From Dehalococcoidia bacterium (GTDB taxonomy: Bacteria > Chloroflexota > Dehalococcoidia > Plut-88900): a stretch of DNA of 64,000 bases. The translations under genes and the position numbers were made by a program. The notes below the pieces were generated by a model. The model had not been told where the DNA came from, did no database searches, and saw only the letters and a list, made by a program, of their open reading frames with translations. Position 1 is the first letter of the stretch, and each line of letters starts with the position of its first letter. Positions 58,493 to 64,000 of this stretch are shown piece after piece. The DNA is taken from the NCBI GenBank assembly GCA_965249275.1, contig CBDFLQ010000005.1:608001-672000 (forward strand), in the 5' to 3' direction.

Positions 58493-59602
58493 ATGGAACG
58501 CCCGATTTTCAAAGCACCCGGCACGCCAGTTGAAGAGCTGGACACGCCTGCCCTGATAATTGATCTCGATGCTCTGGACCAGAACATTGAGACGGTACAT
58601 TCCTTCTTTCGGGGGCAGGAAGCGGGGCTGAGGCCCCACGTCGAGGCGCACCGTTGTCCGGCAATAGCGAGCCTGCAATTGGCCTCGGAGGGGACGGTGG
58701 GGGGGATATCCGTCAACACGGTCGGACTGGCAGAGCATTTCGCCAACGCCGGTATCAAAGACATTTTCGTGGCCAACCCGATAGTAACCGGGCTGAAGAT
58801 CGAGAGGTTGTGCCGGCTGGCGCGACGCGCCTCGATAACCGTATTCGTGGATAACGCACGGAATGCCGAGGCCATCTCCAGCGCTGCATCGTCTCTCGGT
58901 GTCACCATTCGGGCGGTTGTGGGCATAGACACCGGTCTGCACGTCTGCGGAGTCGAGCCGGGGCACGCGGCACTCGACATTGCCCAGGCTGTTGAGCGGC
59001 TTGAGGGCCTTGCATTTGCCGGGTTTGCTACCTACGAGGGTCGGCTTTCATCCAATGACCCTGGCCAGCTAGCCGAGAAATCTCGGGACGTTGCCTCGAT
59101 GTTGGTTGATACCAAGAGGATGGCGGAGGGGTCGGGGCTGAACGTAGAGGTCCTTTCGGCGGGCGGGACGCATAATTACGAGATCATGGGCGCTGTCCCG
59201 GGCATCACCGAGGTTTGTGCGGGGGCCTACGCCCTGCTGGATTGCCGGTACGTGCCCCAACGACCCGAGCTCAGACCCGCGGCCCGGATCATGGCCACGG
59301 TAACCAGCCGCCCGGAGCCGGGCCTGGCCATAACTGACACCGGTCAGAAGGCGGTGGGAGCCGACACGGGCCTCGCCGCTTTGGATGTCGAGGTCAACGC
59401 AACCCTTAAATCGCTCAGCGCCGAGCACGGCAGCCTTACGCTCCACGATGATGAGGCTGAAAAGTTGCATATGGGCGACCACGTCTGGCTTGTCCCATCG
59501 GATATCGGGACGTGCGCGAACCTGTACGACTACATGCACGCGGTGAGGAACGGTAGACTGGAGACGGTCTGGCAGATCACGGGCCGAGGGCTTTACAGGT
59601 AA
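58493..59602 (+). CDS. DSD1/D-threonine aldolase-like fold-type III protein lacking the PLP Lys
   Basis: LDTPALIID, IDTG, YEG, AGGT, DTGQKA and LSAEHG. RPHVEAH replaces RPHxKTH. Confidence 0.8.
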   Translation: MERPIFKAPGTPVEELDTPALIIDLDALDQNIETVHSFFRGQEAGLRPHVEAHRCPAIASLQLASEGTVGGISVNTVGLAEHFANAGIKDIFVANPIVTGLKIERLCRLARRASITVFVDNARNAEAISSAASSLGVTIRAVVGIDTGLHVCGVEPGHAALDIAQAVERLEGLAFAGFATYEGRLSSNDPGQLAEKSRDVASMLVDTKRMAEGSGLNVEVLSAGGTHNYEIMGAVPGITEVCAGAYALLDCRYVPQRPELRPAARIMATVTSRPEPGLAITDTGQKAVGADTGLAALDVEVNATLKSLSAEHGSLTLHDDEAEKLHMGDHVWLVPSDIGTCANLYDYMHAVRNGRLETVWQITGRGLYR

Positions 59603-59626
59603 GCCCTGGCCTCACGGAGGTATATC

Positions 59627-60727
59627 TTGGAGAACTACAGACCCGCGGTAGGCACTTCGATTCAAGAGCTCGACACGCCATGCCTTCTGATCGATATGGA
59701 GGCCCTGGAGCATAACTACCGCTTCGTTGCCGAGACCTACAAGGACTCCCAGTGCAAGATGCGGGCCCACGTGAAGAACACCAAGAGCCCGATCGTGGCA
59801 CATTTGCAGATCCGGGAGGGTGGCACGGTCGGTGGGGTCTGCACGGCCAAGGTTGCCGAGGCGGAGGTTATGACGGAAGGCGGAATAGAAGATATTCTCA
59901 TTCCGAACCAGGTGATCACCGATGACAAGATCACCCGCCTGTGCTCCGTAGCCGAACGGGCCAAGGTTACGGTTGGAATAGATAACGCGGAGAACGTTCG
60001 GAATCTATCTCGGATAGCCTCCGAGCGGGGCGTCAACATCGGGGTGGTGATTGAAGTCGACACGTCGATGGGACGGGCAGGTATACGGAACAAGGAGCAG
60101 GGCGTCGAGCTGGCCAAGCTTGCCCACTCGCTGCCGGGGGTCGATTTCAAGGGAGTGATGAGTCACCAGACCCTGGACGGCTCACCCGACAGGGAGACCC
60201 GCTACATCTGGGGCCGCAAATACATCCAGCAGTGCCTCGACGTGAAGGATGCGATAGAAGCCGAGGGCATTCCCGTAGAGGTTGTGTCATCGGGGGAGAC
60301 CTTCACCATCGACGTTGCCGCCACCATTCCCGGCGTCACGGAGGTCGAAGGGGGTACGTATGCCCTGATGTCCCACAACTTCGACTATATGGACGACCTT
60401 CGCTACGCTGCAAAAATCCTGTGCACGGTTGTCAGCGCTCCGAGACCCGGGATAGTCGTGGCGGATGTCGGGTCACGGGCGCTTGCTTCGCCGGGAGGAG
60501 TCAAGCCCTTCGTCGAAGACATGCCGTATCTGACTGCTGAAGCACTGCACGAGGAGCACATAGTCTTCAAGTGCGACGGAGGCCCGACGCCGGAGGTCGG
60601 GGATAAGTTGGCGCTCATCAGCGGGCAGCAGGACATGTTGACCAATCGCTGGGACCAGTACGTCGCCGTGCGGGATGGCTCAGTGGAAGCCGTCTGGGAC
60701 ATCACGGCCAGAGGCTGCCACAACTAG
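59627..60727 (+). CDS. DSD1/D-threonine aldolase-like PLP-dependent enzyme
   Basis: LDTPCLLID, RAHVK, CTAKVAEAE, EVDTSMGRAG and EEH. Confidence 0.82.
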   Translation: MENYRPAVGTSIQELDTPCLLIDMEALEHNYRFVAETYKDSQCKMRAHVKNTKSPIVAHLQIREGGTVGGVCTAKVAEAEVMTEGGIEDILIPNQVITDDKITRLCSVAERAKVTVGIDNAENVRNLSRIASERGVNIGVVIEVDTSMGRAGIRNKEQGVELAKLAHSLPGVDFKGVMSHQTLDGSPDRETRYIWGRKYIQQCLDVKDAIEAEGIPVEVVSSGETFTIDVAATIPGVTEVEGGTYALMSHNFDYMDDLRYAAKILCTVVSAPRPGIVVADVGSRALASPGGVKPFVEDMPYLTAEALHEEHIVFKCDGGPTPEVGDKLALISGQQDMLTNRWDQYVAVRDGSVEAVWDITARGCHN

Positions 60728-60731
60728 CACG

Positions 60732-61634
60732 GTGTGGTTCAAGGGAAACATACACACCCACACCACCCGGTCCGACGGTGACTCCGAGCCCGAAGTCGCC
60801 GTGGACTGGTACCGGCGAAACGGCTACGACTTCCTGGTACTGACCGACCATAACCACGTGACGCTTTTAGAGCACGGGACCGGAGCGGCGCAGGGGCCTT
60901 TGATGATCCCCGGTGAAGAGGTCTCTGTGGAGCTGAACCGTGGGGAGACATCGATTCACCTGGGTGCGATTGGGATCAGGAGTTACATGGAGCCCGTGGA
61001 CGCCGGTGATATCGTCCCGACCCTGCAGGCCAACATCGATGCCGTCCACGCAGCCGGTGGAATCGTCTCCCTGAACCATCCCAACTACACCTGGGCATTC
61101 GACGACCGGCACATAGTGCAGGTCTCGGGGGCGAATCTGCTGGAGATATTCAACGGTAATAACGTACTCAACAACTATGGGGGTGGAGGACGCCCGGGCT
61201 GTGAGGAGATCTGGGACATGGTGCTCACCGCCGGCCGTCCCATATTCGGCGTAGCGGTGGATGATTCCCACCACTTTCAGGGTGACTTCAAGCCGAGCCT
61301 GGCCAATCCGGGCAGAGGGTGGGTGATAGTCGATGCACCAGCGCTGGAGCGGGACGCTGTAGTGGAAGCCCTGGAGGCGGGGACGTTCTATTCCTCCACG
61401 GGTGTTGTGCTGGACGAGTTGGTCATCACCCCGGACAGAATTGAGGTTGCAATCTGCCAAGAGTGGCACATGGCCTACGACACCGAGTTTGTCACGCGGG
61501 GCGGACGAGTGCTGGACCGTGAGTACGGGCTCCGGGCTTCCTACGACGTGCGGGGAGACGAGGGATACGTTAGGGCTCGGGTGCTTGGCTCAGACGGGTC
61601 TCGGGCCTGGACGCAGCCTCTCTTTCTGCCATAG
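60732..61634 (+). CDS. PHP-domain metallohydrolase (CehA/McbA-like)
   Basis: WFKGNIHTHT..SDG, LTDHN, GEE, NHP, EIFN and DDSHH. Start placed at GTG 60732. Confidence 0.85.
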   Translation: MWFKGNIHTHTTRSDGDSEPEVAVDWYRRNGYDFLVLTDHNHVTLLEHGTGAAQGPLMIPGEEVSVELNRGETSIHLGAIGIRSYMEPVDAGDIVPTLQANIDAVHAAGGIVSLNHPNYTWAFDDRHIVQVSGANLLEIFNGNNVLNNYGGGGRPGCEEIWDMVLTAGRPIFGVAVDDSHHFQGDFKPSLANPGRGWVIVDAPALERDAVVEALEAGTFYSSTGVVLDELVITPDRIEVAICQEWHMAYDTEFVTRGGRVLDREYGLRASYDVRGDEGYVRARVLGSDGSRAWTQPLFLP

Positions 61635-61878
61635 CCGCAATTTTCTGCGGAACATGCTCCCTCCTCAATTTGACAGTTTTGTTCTATCAGTATAATAATT
61701 GACTTGGAGGCGCTCCTTTGTCGGACGAGTTAGTCCTGCGCGGAGCCAAGTCCATAGTCCCGGCGTTCCACGATAACCGCAAATAACGAGACCCGATTGC
61801 CGACCAATGTGGAACTTTGCCGGACAACCCCGTTAGTTGCCTTTGTATCCTGTATCCTTCTATGACCTGTAGAGTCCC

Positions 61879-63225
61879 ATGCAAACCCTGAACATCGAAA
61901 GAAAAGTTTCCGCCCGAATCCCCACTCCCGTCGCCGAGTTCAGGCTCTTCTATTACTCGAACAACCTGGACGACAAGGAGCATGTCGCTCTAGTCACGGG
62001 TGACGTCACCGATGGGAAAGATGTGCTGGTACGCGTCCACTCCGAGTGCTTTACCGGAGACGTCCTTGGTTCCATGCGCTGCGATTGCGGCAGCCAGCTC
62101 AACCTTTCGATTCAGCGCATAGCGGCAGAGGGGCAGGGTGTGGTCCTTTATCTGCGCCAGGAAGGCCGCGGTATCGGGCTTCTGGAAAAGCTAAAGGCTT
62201 ACAACCTGCAGGACGTGGGCTACGATACTGTCGACGCCAACATCCTCCTGGGTCATGTCGCCGACCTGCGCGATTACGAAGTCGCAGCGCTCATTCTGAA
62301 GGACATCGGCGTCAAGTCCGTACGGGTGCTCACCAATAATCCCTCAAAGATCGACGGGTTGAAGAAGTTCGGTATCGAGGTGTCCTCCAGGGAGGCCCTT
62401 CAGCCGCGTATCACCGTTGAAAACAAGGATTACATAGAGACCAAGGCTTCGCGTCTCGGCCATCTCCTGGACCTGCCGTCCTTGCCGAAGCAGATGGAGT
62501 CGGGGGCCAATGGGACATCTCACACACCTCGCGAGACGAAGAGACGCAACGCTGAGTCGGGTCTTCCGTCGGTGACCCTGTCCTACGCCCAGAGCCTCGA
62601 CGGCTGCATCGCCGTCAAGCCGGGCAGTCCAATCCGCCTCAGCAGTCCCGAGTCGGAGGCGATGACCCACAGCGTTCGGGGTGTCCACGATGCCATATTG
62701 GTCGGCATCGGGACCGTACTAGCGGATGACCCGGGGTTAACGGTCAGGCTTGCTAAAGGGGTACAACCCCAACCCGTAATCCTGGACAGCAAGCTGAGGT
62801 TTCCAATTGATGCCCAACTCCTTGGCGGCAGCAACCTGCGACCCTGGATCGCAACTACAGAGCAGGCATCTACAGATAGGATAAAGGCCCTGGAGGAAGC
62901 AGGGGCCCGCGTCCTGTGCATTCCGTCCAACAGCAGGGGTTGGGTCGATTTGCCTGCCCTTCTGGCCCTCCTTGCCAGTGAGTCTGTCGGTAGCGTCATG
63001 GTGGAAGGAGGGGCTCGGGTCATCACCAGCTTCTTCACCGAGCGGCTGGTAGACCACGTGGTGCTCACCGTCGCGCCTGTTGTTTTGGGCGGCATGAGGG
63101 CGGTCAAGCCAATGGAAGGCGCCTACCCCGAGTTCCCCAGGCTAGCCAACACTGGCTACAAGAAGGTGGGCGACGACATGGTCATCTGGGGAGACCCTGT
63201 CTGGGACCGTCCCCTCGAGGGATGA
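61879..63225 (+). CDS. ribA: GTP cyclohydrolase II fused to a RibD C-terminal reductase domain
   Basis: VRVHSECFTGD...RCDC, QEGRGIG and TNNP, followed by YAQSLDG, HDAILVGIGTV..DDP.L and VEGGA. Confidence 0.88.
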   Translation: MQTLNIERKVSARIPTPVAEFRLFYYSNNLDDKEHVALVTGDVTDGKDVLVRVHSECFTGDVLGSMRCDCGSQLNLSIQRIAAEGQGVVLYLRQEGRGIGLLEKLKAYNLQDVGYDTVDANILLGHVADLRDYEVAALILKDIGVKSVRVLTNNPSKIDGLKKFGIEVSSREALQPRITVENKDYIETKASRLGHLLDLPSLPKQMESGANGTSHTPRETKRRNAESGLPSVTLSYAQSLDGCIAVKPGSPIRLSSPESEAMTHSVRGVHDAILVGIGTVLADDPGLTVRLAKGVQPQPVILDSKLRFPIDAQLLGGSNLRPWIATTEQASTDRIKALEEAGARVLCIPSNSRGWVDLPALLALLASESVGSVMVEGGARVITSFFTERLVDHVVLTVAPVVLGGMRAVKPMEGAYPEFPRLANTGYKKVGDDMVIWGDPVWDRPLEG

Positions 63226-63229
63226 CCCC

Positions 63230-64000
63230 ATGTCCCACGCCGCCCTAGTTTTCGCTGCCCCATACCGCGTCGAGGTCCAACGCTCCGTTCTCGGAACCCC
63301 TGGCCCCGGCGAGGCGTTAGTCAAGACCCTAGTCTCGGCTATCAGCTCGGGCACGGAGATGCTCTTGTATCGGGGCCAAATGCCCGGCGAGATGGCGGTT
63401 GATGAGTCCATAGCGGCTTTGAACGGGACTTTTCAGTATCCAATCAAGTACGGCTATGCGGCGGTCGGGAGGGTGGAAGAAGTGGGGTCAGGCGAGGTGG
63501 GTGTCGGGCCGGGGGACGTGGTGTTCTCGTTCCGTCCCCATGAAAGCAGTTTTATCTCTCCAACAGCAGAATTGATAAAGGCTCCTGATGGCATTTCGGC
63601 TGAGGATGCTGTGTTTCTGCCCACCATGGAGACTGCCGTGAACCTCGTGATGGACGGCCAGCCTTCCGTCGGGGAGCAGGTGGCGGTATTCGGGCAGGGG
63701 GTGGTCGGGCTTCTGGTCACGGCGCTCCTTTCGGAAATGCCCCTGGCCAGCCTAGTGACGGTAGACCAGCACGAGAGGCGCAGACGGGAGTCGTTAGCCT
63801 TGGGAGCGACTGCAAGCCTCACGCCAGATGACTCGGGTCTCATGCACGCGCTTCAGGGGAGCCGGGACTACAGGGGCGCCGACCTATCATTTGAGCTTTC
63901 GGGTAACCCCGCTGCCTTGGACCAAGCGGTTAAGACTGCCGGGTACAACGGACGGATAGTCGTCGGGTCATGGTATGGGACCAAGGAATCTCGGCTGGAC
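63230..64000 (+). CDS. MDR-family alcohol dehydrogenase, truncated at the window edge
   Basis: Manual translation: MSHAALVFAAPYRVEV...SAISSGTEML...YPIKYGYAAVG...GQGVVG...ELSG. Confidence 0.85.
   Translation, partial: MSHAALVFAAPYRVEVQRSVLGTPGPGEALVKTLVSAISSGTEMLLYRGQMPGEMAVDESIAALNGTFQYPIKYGYAAVGRVEEVGSGEVGVGPGDVVFSFRPHESSFISPTAELIKAPDGISAEDAVFLPTMETAVNLVMDGQPSVGEQVAVFGQGVVGLLVTALLSEMPLASLVTVDQHERRRRESLALGATASLTPDDSGLMHALQGSRDYRGADLSFELSGNPAALDQAVKTAGYNGRIVVGSWYGTKESRLD

Overview
This GC-rich bacterial chromosome window has a gene content that suggests Chloroflexota (Dehalococcoidia/SAR202-like): paralogous luciferase-like monooxygenases, class III CoA-transferases, amidohydrolases and enolase-superfamily enzymes. 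That assignment is inference. The window holds about 55 CDS, including thrB-lysC, tsaD, mgtE, lipA-lpdA-pdhABC, a Zn ABC importer with a CDF exporter, aapJQMP, vapBC, a ribA-ribD fusion and an inserted restriction-modification pair. It also has one tRNA-Pro(CGG) and clusters of nested palindromic repeats. The main discovery is a dispersed non-coding element of about 650-700 bp in three copies: 7070-7750 (+), 36105-36792 (-) and 57158-57805 (-). Each copy has, in order: a sigma70-type promoter with a LexA-box-like sequence abutting the -10; a conserved ~190-nt leader with a Shine-Dalgarno-like AAGGAGGA but no start codon; a 15-17-bp covarying helix enclosing a 339-371-nt hairpin-rich segment that differs in sequence in every copy; and a C/A-rich tail. 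It resembles a modular, possibly SOS-inducible large ncRNA family with a constant scaffold and variable structured cargo. I cannot match it to any RNA class I know.
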